Shown piece after piece: positions 36,865 through 46,963 of a stretch of 64,000 nucleotides of DNA. A model generated the notes under the pieces. That model had not been told where the DNA came from. It saw nothing but the letters and a program-made list of their open reading frames with translations, and did no database searches. The first letter of the stretch is position 1. Each line of letters begins with the position of its first letter. The translations under genes were made by a program, and so were the position numbers. Source of the DNA: an uncultured Nitrospiraceae bacterium (lineage in GTDB: Bacteria > Nitrospirota > Nitrospiria > Nitrospirales > Nitrospiraceae); assembly GCA_963846575.1 (NCBI GenBank), contig CAWJWJ010000002.1, forward strand, positions 1,440,001 through 1,504,000. The letters are read 5' to 3'.

Positions 36865-38415
36865 TCAGTGAGGTTGTTCTTGCTTCAACGGCCTGAGATC
36901 GCTCGTTGCCGGTCCATTGAGGACTTTCCCGAATTTATCGAACCGCGAGCCGTGGCAAGGACAATCCCAGGTCATTTCCGAATGGTTCCAGGCTACGATG
37001 CAGCTCAGGTGCGGACAGACGGCCGAACAAGTGTGAAGCACTCCCTCCGCGTCGCGATAGGCTGCAATTTTTGTGAGCCCGTCCCTCAACACCGCTCCCT
37101 GTTCTTTCCCGATCTCCTGCTCGCTTTTGACGTCGCCTCCGGTCACCCAATCGGCGTACTGCGCGACCACGTTGAAGGATTCGCGCACAAACGTTCCTGC
37201 CGCGCGTACAGGTTGGCGTGACGGATCGTAAAGCGCCGCCCAGGGCGATTCGCGACCCGTGATGAGGTCGGTGAGCAGCAGTCCGGCAATCGTACCGTGG
37301 GTCATCCCCATGCCCGAGTCGCCTGTGGCAATGTAGACGTTGTCGACGTCTCCGGGATTCCGACCGATGAAGGCCAGGCCGTCCACAGACTCCATCACTT
37401 GCCCGGACCAGCGGAAAGTCACACCCTCCATCATGGGAAAACGCTCCCGTGCCCAGGCCTCCAAGCGAGCATAACGGCGCTCGCCGTCGTCGGCCTGTCC
37501 GGCCTTATGGTCTTCACCACCGACGATGAGCGTCGTCTCTTGACGCCCTTGCGGCGCGGTCCGGCGCTGCAATCGGACATAGTGATAGGGATCGAGCGTA
37601 TCCCAAAATAACGCGGGTTCAAGCGTTGCCGGCGGCATCGCCGCTCCGATGACGTACGTGATGTAGGCCGCCTGTTTGGTATGGATCGTGACCGTATTGT
37701 TGATCGGCGTGTTCGTCGCGATCACGATGGCGCCGGCGGTGACGACACAGCCCTGGCTGGTTTCGACCTGCGCCTTTTTGCCGCCCGTGACGGAGGTGAC
37801 CTGCGCGTTGCTGAAGAGCCGTCCTCCGCCCGTCTGGATGGCCCGCACGAGGCCGGCCAGGTATTTCATGGGATGGAACTGGGCCTGCCGGGGGAAGCGC
37901 AGGCAGGGCCCGGTCTGGAATGTCATGCCGGGGACCCGGTCAAGCCGCTCGACATCGCTCAGGCCTGCGCGCAGCGAAGCTTGCCATTCCTCGTCGATGT
38001 CTGCGCGTGACTCCGCGGATGGCGCGAACAGATACCCATTCACCCGCGTGAAGTCGCAATCGAGGACCTCGGTCTTGCACGTTCTGTCGATCCACTCGAT
38101 GGCCGCCGTATGGCTATTCGCGGCCAACCGCGAACCGGGCTGCCCATGCAGACGCTCCATGGCAACATAACCATCGTCGATGGCATTCGAGAGGTGCGCC
38201 GTCGTGCGCTGGGTCATGCCTCGTCCCGGTTGCCCGTCGTCCAGCACGATCACGGATTTGCCTTCCTTCATCAGACAGTAGGCGGTGGTCAGCCCTGCGA
38301 TACCGGCACCCACAATACAGACGTCGGCGTGCGCTCCCGTCGTGAGTGGTGGAGTCACGAGCATGTCCGCCGACATCCACAGCGATACGGTCTCCCCTGA
38401 GCCACGATTCATCAT
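36865..38415 (-). CDS. FAD-dependent oxidoreductase with C-terminal Rieske domain (YhfW-like)
   Basis: IVGAGIAG; CPHLSC and WDCPCHGSRF Rieske motifs. Confidence 0.92.
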   Translation of the reverse strand: MMNRGSGETVSLWMSADMLVTPPLTTGAHADVCIVGAGIAGLTTAYCLMKEGKSVIVLDDGQPGRGMTQRTTAHLSNAIDDGYVAMERLHGQPGSRLAANSHTAAIEWIDRTCKTEVLDCDFTRVNGYLFAPSAESRADIDEEWQASLRAGLSDVERLDRVPGMTFQTGPCLRFPRQAQFHPMKYLAGLVRAIQTGGGRLFSNAQVTSVTGGKKAQVETSQGCVVTAGAIVIATNTPINNTVTIHTKQAAYITYVIGAAMPPATLEPALFWDTLDPYHYVRLQRRTAPQGRQETTLIVGGEDHKAGQADDGERRYARLEAWARERFPMMEGVTFRWSGQVMESVDGLAFIGRNPGDVDNVYIATGDSGMGMTHGTIAGLLLTDLITGRESPWAALYDPSRQPVRAAGTFVRESFNVVAQYADWVTGGDVKSEQEIGKEQGAVLRDGLTKIAAYRDAEGVLHTCSAVCPHLSCIVAWNHSEMTWDCPCHGSRFDKFGKVLNGPATSDLRPLKQEQPH

Positions 38416-38502
38416 AGTCTCCTTCATATGAGTGGTATTGGAAGTTGAATAGCTCGCCGGGCGACCTGTGAAGGATGACCCGGCCGCGAAAGAGAAGGAG
38501 TG

Positions 38503-39069
38503 TTACGGGTATCCTGCCACGCGCTGGCTGTCCCAGAACACGAATGGCCTCGTGCCGATTAAGGGGGATCCTGGAGCATAGGACTTCAGGCCCAATTCTC
38601 TCTGCCATGCGGTCATGTCTCTCACCACAAGCGTGGGAGAGCGGTCTCTAAGACCGTCTCCGGCGCCTGTGGTTCGATCCCGGACCTGTCCGATTATGGT
38701 GACCAGGGTGTCCTTCTGAAGCGCACCGGTATTCTTCATCTCCTGCTGGCCATCGACCGCGCTGTAGCGACCGGTGGACGAAGTGATGACCGGATGAAAA
38801 AACTCGTCCAGGGGAAGGTACTGGAGTTCGACCTGCGTGTGGCCGGACGCGTGCGACACGTCGAGGACCTTCCCTCCCCAGATAACCGTAGTGCCCTCGT
38901 AGGCGCTGGGGTTTTGTGCGACCTGCTCCCAGGTCACATCTTTTCTAATGTCCCCCTCGAGATGCTTCGGCACAACCTGATACATGGCGCAGCCTGCCGA
39001 AAGCACAAGGATGCCGCAGGCATGGGCCAACAAAACGAGAAGTTTTCCGAATGTGGTCATTGGCGTCAC
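38503..39069 (-). CDS. Slp-family outer-membrane lipoprotein
   Basis: LSAGC lipobox; YEGTTVIWGGKV, VTIIGQV. Confidence 0.8.
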   Translation of the reverse strand: MTPMTTFGKLLVLLAHACGILVLSAGCAMYQVVPKHLEGDIRKDVTWEQVAQNPSAYEGTTVIWGGKVLDVSHASGHTQVELQYLPLDEFFHPVITSSTGRYSAVDGQQEMKNTGALQKDTLVTIIGQVRDRTTGAGDGLRDRSPTLVVRDMTAWQRELGLKSYAPGSPLIGTRPFVFWDSQRVAGYP

Positions 39070-39218
39070 GACCTCGATGACTCGACTTCTTCTGACGTTG
39101 GGTGGCGTCGAACAGAGCCGGCGGAGGCTACAACGCGTGATCAGCGATTCAAACGACGATTGACGCCCTGGAAAGAATCGACGGAATCACGCGCTGCAGC
39201 CCACCAACCTATCCAATG

Positions 39219-39674
39219 TTATCTCGTCGAGGTGGAGTCTGATCGATTCGACGAGGAGTCCGAACGCTCGATCTTCAACACGCCCGATTCATTCATCTCT
39301 CCGCTCGGTCCACTGGAATCCATCCGCACCGTATACCGGTACGACCCGGCACGGTTGAGGCACAGGCTGGCCGTCTCGTTTTCGTCGATGGATGCATGGT
39401 TGTTTTTGAACATGTTGGAAAAACCACCGAACCCGTTGTTGCAACTGATGTTGGTCTCGATGGGGTCGAGAAAGATGATCCGGACCGTGCCGGTTCGTCG
39501 GTTGATCCAGCGGATCTCGTCACCGACCCCTGCGCTCCGTTCCGTGGGCTCGACGTGCTGCGCGATCTTGATATCTTTCAACTCTCCCGTTCTTGTGACT
39601 TTCGGCACGCTGGAACAGGCTGCCACGGTGCAGACGAGACCGGCTGCGAGCAGAGGTGTCAATAGAATACGCAT
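39219..39674 (-). CDS. Lipoprotein with cupredoxin-like fold
   Basis: VAAC lipobox; GDEIRWIN and GSYRYTV strands; GGAGGAG RBS. Confidence 0.6.
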   Translation of the reverse strand: MRILLTPLLAAGLVCTVAACSSVPKVTRTGELKDIKIAQHVEPTERSAGVGDEIRWINRRTGTVRIIFLDPIETNISCNNGFGGFSNMFKNNHASIDENETASLCLNRAGSYRYTVRMDSSGPSGEMNESGVLKIERSDSSSNRSDSTSTR

Positions 39675-39758
39675 GGGTGTTTCTCCTCCATGTAAAGCTG
39701 TATAGGTGAAGGTACGATGCCTTTCACTCACGTTACCCTGCCTCAGGCGATCCCGCCC

Positions 39759-39774
39759 CTCGTTATAACCCTAG
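39759..39774 (-). promoter_or_regulatory. Box CTCGTTATAACCCTAG
   Basis: -10 TAACGT at 39735 (gap 23). Confidence 0.6.
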
Positions 39775-39880
39775 TTTCTCCCTCGCGATCTCAGAGGGCG
39801 GGCCGTTTATCCTACGTAGGGTAGGCATGAACGGGACCAGGCGCAGCGATAGCCGGGAAGGGAGCGGATGTCGATCCTAC

Positions 39881-39896
39881 CTAGGGATTCTCCGAG
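39881..39896 (+). promoter_or_regulatory. Box CTAGGGATTCTCCGAG upstream of the ku operon
   Basis: TG-n-TAGGCT -10 at 39919 (gap 22). Confidence 0.75.
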
Positions 39897-40008
39897 TTGG
39901 TGTCCGCCCTGTGCGTGATAGGCTACGCACCCTGACCACTGTGATGGTGGATTCGCTGATGCTGATCACGAGGCCAGGTGAGGGAGCGGTCACGGAGCTC
40001 ATGACGGC

Positions 40009-40218
40009 GTGAGGATATGTCCTTTCGATTGCCATGTGTGTGACGAACCGGATTGTCGGCGAGGCGCATGCAAAGTAGTGGGGGACGCGATGTTGTCGGT
40101 CTGCGACGGCTGCGGCGAACCGGTTGCCTGTCTTAACTGCGCCTGCCTTTGTGCGTTGTGTGCTCACGAGTCGTCCAGCAAACCCTCCGCCAAGAAGCCG
40201 ATCCGCAAGAAGGTGTGA
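40009..40218 (+). CDS. Small Cys-rich protein (12 Cys in 69 aa) with basic tail
   Basis: GTG start with GGAG upstream; stop 1 nt before the ku ATG. Confidence 0.55.
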   Translation: MRICPFDCHVCDEPDCRRGACKVVGDAMLSVCDGCGEPVACLNCACLCALCAHESSSKPSAKKPIRKKV

Positions 40219-40219
40219 C

Positions 40220-41080
40220 ATGCCTCGACCGCTCTGGAAAGGCACGATCAGTTTTGGACTCGTCAATATTCCCGTGGTGCTGTATTCGGCGGAGAACCGG
40301 AACAACTTCGATTTGACGTTGTTGGACCGCCGCGACATGAAGCCCGTCGGGTTCAAGCGGTACAACAAAGAAACCGGGAAAGATGTGACATGGGACCAGA
40401 TCGTGAAGGGGTATGAATACGAGAAGAGCCGCTATGTGGTACTGACGGACGAGGATTTTCGCCGCGCGAATGTTGAAGCGACGCAAACCATCGACATCGT
40501 GCGGTTCGTACGGGCTGAAGACATTTCACCGACGTCGTTCGAGACGCCCTACTATCTCGCTCCTGACAAACGGGGAGAGAAGGGTTATGCGCTGCTACGG
40601 GAAACGCTGAAAAAAACCGGAAAGGCGGGCATTGCCACCGTGGTCATCCGCACGAGGCAGTATGTTGCGGCGTTGATTCCGTGGGACGAGATGATCGTCT
40701 TGAATACGTTGCGGTATGCCAACGAGCTGAAACCCGGCAAAGCCCTTGAGATTCCCGCCAAAAGTCTCAAGGCTTCCGGCGTGACGCCGCGCGAGTTGGA
40801 GATGGCCACCAAGCTGGTGGATGAGTTGTCGGATGCCTGGAAGCCCGCGCAATACAAAGACACCTATCATGATGATCTGATGCGTCTGATCAACAAACGC
40901 ATCAAGGCCGGAAAAACCGAGGTCGTCACGACCGAGGAAAAAGACGGCGAAAAGGGCCGACCGGCACGGGCCAAGGTCGTGGACCTCATGGCTCTGCTCA
41001 AACGCAGTGTGCAGCAGTCCGGTAAATCAAAAGGACGGACCCCGAAACAGTCCCGTCCCGTGAGTCGCAAAACGGCCTGA
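40220..41080 (+). CDS. ku: NHEJ DNA end-binding protein Ku
   Basis: WKGTISFGLVNIPV, IVKGYEY, PYYLAP, VVDLMALLKRS. Confidence 0.96.
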   Translation: MPRPLWKGTISFGLVNIPVVLYSAENRNNFDLTLLDRRDMKPVGFKRYNKETGKDVTWDQIVKGYEYEKSRYVVLTDEDFRRANVEATQTIDIVRFVRAEDISPTSFETPYYLAPDKRGEKGYALLRETLKKTGKAGIATVVIRTRQYVAALIPWDEMIVLNTLRYANELKPGKALEIPAKSLKASGVTPRELEMATKLVDELSDAWKPAQYKDTYHDDLMRLINKRIKAGKTEVVTTEEKDGEKGRPARAKVVDLMALLKRSVQQSGKSKGRTPKQSRPVSRKTA

Positions 41081-41088
41081 TTTTTCCG

Positions 41089-42204
41089 ATGAAACCTCTT
41101 GCCGTCCCTACCACGAGCAGGCTCAATCCCGAACGCTCCGCCGTTGACGCATTTCGATCCGCCAGGACCGCCGGCCTCCGGTATGTCTCGGACCTGAGGC
41201 CGGGCATAGCCCGGAAGGGACGAGGGAAACGCGTCTCGTACATCCGCCCGGACGGCACCGTCATTCGCGGGCAGGTGTGTCTGAAGCGGATTCGCTCACT
41301 CGTCATTCCACCGGCTTGGACCGACATCTGGATCTGTCTTGACCCGCAGGGGCACCTGCAGGCCACGGGCCGAGATGTGCGGGGCCGCAAGCAATATCGG
41401 TATCATCCACGCTGGAACGACATCAGAAACGAGACCAAGTACCACCGCATGCTCACCTTCGGCCGCCTGCTGCCGCGCATTCGCCGGCGGGTGACCGCCG
41501 ATCTGAGACGCCCCGGTCTGCCGCGAGAGAAAATTCTCGCCACCGTCGTGCGGCTGCTTGAAGTGACCCTGATCCGGATCGGCAACGAAGAATATGCACG
41601 GACCAACGAGTCCTTCGGCTTGACGACCCTGCGGGATCGCCATGTGAAGGTGAAGGGCAGCACGCTTCGCTTTGAGTTCCACGGAAAAAGCGGGATCCGC
41701 CACAGCGTGGATGTGACCGACCGGCGCCTGGCTCGGATCGTCAGGCAAAGCCAGGAACTCCCCGGATACGAACTCTTTCAGTATCTCGACGAGGACGGGA
41801 CACGGCGGTCCATTACGTCAAGCGACGTCAATGGGTATCTGCAGCGCATCGCCGGTCAGAACTTCACGGCGAAGGACTTCCGCACCTGGGCCGGGACGGT
41901 TCTGGCGGCGCGGGCGCTCAAGGAATACGCGGGGCGATGCGACTCCCTGAAGCAGGCGAAACGAAACGTGGCCGCCGCCATCGGCGTCGTGGCCCTGCAG
42001 TTGGGTAACACGAAGGCCGTCTGTCGAAAGTGTTACATCCACCCGAAGATTGTTCAGGCCTACCTGGACGGCACGTTACTCGATAGTCTCAACCGGCCGG
42101 CACGGCGGGACTCGCTCCGGGCGTTGCCGCGTCTCCCGCCGGAAGAAGCCGCCGTTTTGAGTTTTTTGCATGAGCGCCTCCTGAACTCAGTCGAACTCAC
42201 ATAG
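41089..42204 (+). CDS. Bacterial DNA topoisomerase IB
   Basis: IPPAW, GRKQYRYH, IRIGNEEY, AKDFRTW, VCRKCYIHP with the catalytic Tyr. Confidence 0.93.
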   Translation: MKPLAVPTTSRLNPERSAVDAFRSARTAGLRYVSDLRPGIARKGRGKRVSYIRPDGTVIRGQVCLKRIRSLVIPPAWTDIWICLDPQGHLQATGRDVRGRKQYRYHPRWNDIRNETKYHRMLTFGRLLPRIRRRVTADLRRPGLPREKILATVVRLLEVTLIRIGNEEYARTNESFGLTTLRDRHVKVKGSTLRFEFHGKSGIRHSVDVTDRRLARIVRQSQELPGYELFQYLDEDGTRRSITSSDVNGYLQRIAGQNFTAKDFRTWAGTVLAARALKEYAGRCDSLKQAKRNVAAAIGVVALQLGNTKAVCRKCYIHPKIVQAYLDGTLLDSLNRPARRDSLRALPRLPPEEAAVLSFLHERLLNSVELT

Positions 42205-42216
42205 AGGGGCATCACC

Positions 42217-44127
42217 ATGAAAGGTGTGGATACAGACGTCGTACCGCAAACTGTTTCTGCATGTCAGGGATCCTCCGCTCACCCCACCCGGCTTGGAGCT
42301 CATGTGACACCCGAAGGGGTGGCCTTCCGCTGCTGGGCGCCGAAGCCCACCACAGTGGAAGTCGTGCTTGAGCCTCAGGGGACGGTCTATGCTTTGAGCA
42401 GAGAGGCCGATGGCTATTGGGTCGGTGTGGTGCCGGAGGCATCGACCGGCATGACGTACCGGTATCGTCTGGATGGTAAAGGACTATACCCTGATCCCTG
42501 TTCACGGTTTCAACCGGATGGACCTCATGGACCGTCGCTGATCGTCGATCGGAACTCGTTCCGGTGGAGCGACCAGGAGTGGGCCGGCCTCACCATGCAC
42601 GGTCAGGTGATATATGAATTGCACATCGGGGCGTTCACCCCCGAAGGAACCTTTGATTCCGCCATCACCCGTCTGGATGCCCTGAAGGAACTGGGAATCA
42701 CCTGCATCGAAGTCATGCCGGTGGCGGAATGCCCGGGCCGGTGGAACTGGGGATACGACGGGGTCGGTCTCTATGCGACGACCCACGTCTATGGCAACCA
42801 GGATGGCTTGAAACGGTTCGTGGACGAAGCGCATCGACGGGGACTCGGGGTGATCCTCGACGTGGTCTACAATCACCTGGGTCCGGAAGGGAATTACCTG
42901 CCGGCGTTCAGCGATGACTACTTTACCGACCGCTATCCGAATGAGTGGGGTCAGGCCATCAATTTTGACGGAGCTGGTTCGTCGGGAGTGCGGGAATTTT
43001 TCATTCAAAACGCCTGCTACTGGATCGAGGAGTTTCATCTGGATGGGCTCAGGCTGGACGCGGTCCATGCCTTTCATGACAGCGGTCCGGTTCATGTGAT
43101 TGCGGAACTCTCTCAAGCGGCCAGGCGGGCGGCCGGCAGCAGATCGATCATTCTGATCGCCGAATGCGAAGCCCAATGGATCTGCACCATTCAGCCGGTG
43201 GCGCAGCAAGGGTGGGGACTTGATGCAGTCTGGAGCGAAGATTTTCACCATACCACCCGCGTGGCGGCCACCGGGCGAAGCGAGGGCTATTACACCGATT
43301 ACCGGGGCACGCCCCAGGAACTCATCTCCTGTGTCAAACGGGGATTCCTCTATCAAGGCCAGCGATACCAATGGCAGCAGAAACCACGGGGAACCGTCGT
43401 CACGGGAGAGCCGGCGGACGGGTTCGTCTTCTTTCTTCAAAACCACGATCAGGTGGCCAATCAGTTGCGTGGCGACCGCCTGCACCAGAAGACCAGCCCC
43501 GGGGTCTACCGTGCCCTGACGGCGCTGCTCCTGTTGGTCCCTCAGACTCCCATGTTGTTCATGGGCCAGGAATTCGCGGCCTCCGCTCCCTTCATGTTCT
43601 TCGCAGATTTTCCACCGGGCGAACTGGCGCGGCAGATCCACGAAGGCAGGAAACAGTTTTTGGCGCAATTTCCGAGTTACGGGTCGCCGGATGCACAGGC
43701 CGCGATCGCCGATCCTTCTGCCGCGGCGGTCTATCGCCGGTCGAAACTAGATTGGTCGGAGCGCGAACGGCATGTTGAGTCCTATGCGTTGCACCGGGAC
43801 CTGCTCCGGCTGCGCCGCGAGGATGCGGTTATTGCCCAACAGGCGCGCGATCGCGTGGACGGTGCCGTGATCGGACCGGCGGCCTTCGTGCTGCGGTACG
43901 CCGGGCCGGCAGGAGAGGATCGGCTCCTGGTCGTCAATCTGGGCGCCGACCACGACTTTCGTCCGGCTCCCGAACCGTTGCTCGCCCCTCCGGCCGGGCG
44001 CTCCTGGTCAATGGCCTGGTCGAGCGATGCCCCCGCCTATGGAGGACCCGGAGTCATCGACCCCCTGACCGACACAGGATGGGTGGTTCCTGGCGGATCG
44101 GCAACATTCTATTCCACGCGACGTTGA
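42217..44127 (+). CDS. treZ: Malto-oligosyltrehalose trehalohydrolase (GH13)
   Basis: NWGYDGV, DVVYNHLGP, GLRLDAVH, LQNHDQVAN. Confidence 0.9.
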   Translation: MKGVDTDVVPQTVSACQGSSAHPTRLGAHVTPEGVAFRCWAPKPTTVEVVLEPQGTVYALSREADGYWVGVVPEASTGMTYRYRLDGKGLYPDPCSRFQPDGPHGPSLIVDRNSFRWSDQEWAGLTMHGQVIYELHIGAFTPEGTFDSAITRLDALKELGITCIEVMPVAECPGRWNWGYDGVGLYATTHVYGNQDGLKRFVDEAHRRGLGVILDVVYNHLGPEGNYLPAFSDDYFTDRYPNEWGQAINFDGAGSSGVREFFIQNACYWIEEFHLDGLRLDAVHAFHDSGPVHVIAELSQAARRAAGSRSIILIAECEAQWICTIQPVAQQGWGLDAVWSEDFHHTTRVAATGRSEGYYTDYRGTPQELISCVKRGFLYQGQRYQWQQKPRGTVVTGEPADGFVFFLQNHDQVANQLRGDRLHQKTSPGVYRALTALLLLVPQTPMLFMGQEFAASAPFMFFADFPPGELARQIHEGRKQFLAQFPSYGSPDAQAAIADPSAAAVYRRSKLDWSERERHVESYALHRDLLRLRREDAVIAQQARDRVDGAVIGPAAFVLRYAGPAGEDRLLVVNLGADHDFRPAPEPLLAPPAGRSWSMAWSSDAPAYGGPGVIDPLTDTGWVVPGGSATFYSTRR

Positions 44128-44162
44128 CCAGGTCTGGCGGGGAAAGGGAGGCACCTCGAATC

Positions 44163-46211
44163 GTGACGATCAAGCCGGCCGGTCATCTCATCAATCTTGC
44201 GATACCCCGTGAGGCCCTGCAGGACAATCAGGCCCTGCTGTCGAAGGAATGGCTGGTGACGAACGGTCTGGGAGGCTATGCGTCCCAGACTGTGTTGTGC
44301 GCGCCCACCCGGCGGTACCACGGCATCTTCGTCTCGGATCTGCCGTCCCCGTGGGGGAGAACCGTCATGATTCCCCGCCTGGATGAGGAAGCCATCGTCG
44401 ATGGCGACTCGTTCCTCTTGAGCGGTGTCGAGTTCCAGGATGGCCGCGTGCAGAGCGATCTTTCCCCGGTATTCAGCGGATTCACGCGGGAATGGCAGAC
44501 CCCGGTCTGGCGTTGTGTGATCAAGGGACGACGGCTGGAAAAGCGGGTCATCATGCCGTACGGCCACAATTCCGTCTATGTGGAATACCGGTTACTCGAG
44601 GGGGAGGCGATCCGCCTCCACCTCCGTCCCTTCATCACCTTCCGCATGCTGGATGCGCGACTCCATACTGCCCGGCAACCTGCCTTTCCACTCACGGTGA
44701 TCGACGGACGCTACGAAATGCAACTCTCCGAAGGCGCTCCATCCCTGAAGATGTGCCTCCGGCCTGACGGGGGAACCTTCGTCGCGGATTTCATAACCAG
44801 CAGGAGTGTGTGCTACCGGGTGGACCGGGATCGCGGCTCAGACTATATCGAAGATCTCTCAAGTCCCGGATACTTCAGCGTGGATCTCACCGCCGTTCGT
44901 CCCATCGCGTTTCTCGCCAGTACCGAGTCGTGGGACCTCCTGGGGTTTCATCCGGAGGCGATCTTCGAGGCTGAAGCGCAGCGGGTTCGCAGGTTGTTAG
45001 CCGACCGGCCGGACCAGAGCGATGACGACATGGAGCAATGGCTGACCCTGGCGGCCGACCAGTTCATCATCTGTCCCGGTTCACGATTGGAGGAGCAGGC
45101 GCTGGCCCGGGCGTCGGGTGATGAAGCGCGAACGGTGATTGCCGGCTACCATTGGTTCACCGATTGGGGCCGGGACACCATGATCAGTCTGGAAGGACTG
45201 ACCCTCTGCACCGGCCGCTACCGGGAGGCGCGATCGATCCTGCGTACGTTCGCCCACTACATCAAGGATGGGTTGCTGCCTAACTTGTTTCCCGAGGGGC
45301 AACGGACCGCACTGTACCATACCGTGGATGCGACGCTGTGGTACTTCCACGCGCTGGATCGGTATCACCGTGTCACCGGCGATACCGAGACCGTCACGAC
45401 GCTCCTGCCCACCCTGAAAACCGTCATCGACCACCATATGAAGGGCACACATTTCGGGATCCGCGCGGATGCGGAGGATGGGTTATTGAAGGCGGGGGCG
45501 GATGGGCTTCAGCTCACCTGGATGGACGCGAAGGTCGACGGCTGGGTGGTCACCCCTCGGCGTGGCAAGCCGGTGGAGATTCAGGCCCTCTGGTACAACG
45601 CTCTCCGCTGCATGGTCAGCTGGGGAAGGATGACCGGCGAGATGACGGATCGCTGGGAGGAGTTGGCCGTGCGGGCCCAACGGTCGTTCAATGCCCGATT
45701 CTGGCGGGAGGAAGGCGGCTGCCTTTTTGACGTGGTGGACGGAGAGCAGGGGAACGATGCCAGTTTCCGCCCCAATCAGGTGCTGGCTCTCGCGCTTGAG
45801 TATCCGATTCTCGAAGAAGTCCGCTGGCGTTCCGTGGTCGATGCGGTGGCGGAACAACTGCTGACGCCGGTTGGTTTACGGAGTCTCTCCCGGGACCACC
45901 GCGACTACAAGCCGATGTACTTCGGAGACCTTCGAGCGCGGGACGCCGCCTATCATCAGGGCACGGTCTGGGCCTGGTTGATCGGACCCTTTATCGACGC
46001 CTGGCTGAAGGTCTATAAGGATCCCTCCGGGGCCCGTGCGCTGCTGGAGGGATTCCGCTCCCATTTGCTGGACGAAGGTATCGGGACGGTCAGTGAAATT
46101 TTCGATGCGGAACCGCCCTATCACCCGCGGGGGTGCATTGCTCAAGCCTGGAGTGTGGCGGAGGTGCTGCGAGTCTACCGGAAGACGCGGACCGCTTCAG
46201 AGAAGGTCTGA
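44163..46211 (+). CDS. Glycogen debranching enzyme (amylo-alpha-1,6-glucosidase)
   Basis: EWLVTNGLGGYAS, AGYHWFTDWGRDTMI, TWMDAK, YHQGTVWAW, QAWSVAE. Confidence 0.92.
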   Translation: MTIKPAGHLINLAIPREALQDNQALLSKEWLVTNGLGGYASQTVLCAPTRRYHGIFVSDLPSPWGRTVMIPRLDEEAIVDGDSFLLSGVEFQDGRVQSDLSPVFSGFTREWQTPVWRCVIKGRRLEKRVIMPYGHNSVYVEYRLLEGEAIRLHLRPFITFRMLDARLHTARQPAFPLTVIDGRYEMQLSEGAPSLKMCLRPDGGTFVADFITSRSVCYRVDRDRGSDYIEDLSSPGYFSVDLTAVRPIAFLASTESWDLLGFHPEAIFEAEAQRVRRLLADRPDQSDDDMEQWLTLAADQFIICPGSRLEEQALARASGDEARTVIAGYHWFTDWGRDTMISLEGLTLCTGRYREARSILRTFAHYIKDGLLPNLFPEGQRTALYHTVDATLWYFHALDRYHRVTGDTETVTTLLPTLKTVIDHHMKGTHFGIRADAEDGLLKAGADGLQLTWMDAKVDGWVVTPRRGKPVEIQALWYNALRCMVSWGRMTGEMTDRWEELAVRAQRSFNARFWREEGGCLFDVVDGEQGNDASFRPNQVLALALEYPILEEVRWRSVVDAVAEQLLTPVGLRSLSRDHRDYKPMYFGDLRARDAAYHQGTVWAWLIGPFIDAWLKVYKDPSGARALLEGFRSHLLDEGIGTVSEIFDAEPPYHPRGCIAQAWSVAEVLRVYRKTRTASEKV

Positions 46212-46217
46212 CAGGCC

Positions 46218-46946
46218 ATGGCCGTTGTGCGAATCGGCACGTCAGGCTGGCACTACAAACATTGGCTCGGTCCCTACTATCCCCCAGACCTGCCTCTCCG
46301 CGGCATGCTCGATTACTATGCCCGGGACTTTGACAGCGTCGAGATCAACAATAGCTTTTACCGTCTGCCATCACCGGCCACGTTCCAGGCCTGGCGCGAT
46401 GCCACGCCGGAAGATTTCTGTTTTGCCGTGAAGGCCAGCCGCTACCTGACGCATCGGAAAAAACTGATCGAGCCACAGAACCCTCTTGCCACGCTCCTGG
46501 CTGCTGCTCAGGTGTTGGGACAAAAACTCGGACCCGTCCTGTTCCAATTGCCGCCGAACTGGCACTGCCATCTGGCGCGGTTGCGGGAGTTTCTCGGGGC
46601 GCTCCCCCCGGGCCACCGGTACAGCATCGAATTTCGTGATGTCAGCTGGCACAACGAATCCGTCTACCGTTTGCTACGAGCCCACAACGTTGCCTTCTGT
46701 CTCTACGACCTGGGAGGCGTGCAATCCGCGCTCGAGGTCACGGCGGATTTCGTGTACGTGAGGCTGCATGGGCCGGGGGCCAAGTACCAAGGGAGTTACT
46801 CGAAGCGGGCACTCGCGAGCTGGGCCAAGCGGATCGACCGTTGGCGCAGAGCGGATCTTGGCGTCTATGTCTACTTCGATAATGACCAAGCCGGGTATGC
46901 GACCATCAATGCCTTGACGCTCCACGAGGCCTTGCACACCGGTTGA
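46218..46946 (+). CDS. DUF72 (YecE-like) protein
   Basis: IGTSGW, VEINNSFY, LFQLPP, YVRLHG, YFDND. Confidence 0.92.
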   Translation: MAVVRIGTSGWHYKHWLGPYYPPDLPLRGMLDYYARDFDSVEINNSFYRLPSPATFQAWRDATPEDFCFAVKASRYLTHRKKLIEPQNPLATLLAAAQVLGQKLGPVLFQLPPNWHCHLARLREFLGALPPGHRYSIEFRDVSWHNESVYRLLRAHNVAFCLYDLGGVQSALEVTADFVYVRLHGPGAKYQGSYSKRALASWAKRIDRWRRADLGVYVYFDNDQAGYATINALTLHEALHTG

Positions 46947-46963
46947 TCCTGTGGTGATCCACA

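Noticed and set aside
40124..40219. N-terminal extension of Ku
   Set aside because: Ku homology starts at MPRPLWKG (40220), which has its own RBS; the extension overlaps the Cys-rich ORF.
41089..42204. TopIB/Ku as a sign of a prophage or viral insertion
   Set aside because: No integrase, structural phage genes or att repeats were seen; both families occur on bacterial chromosomes in stress clusters.
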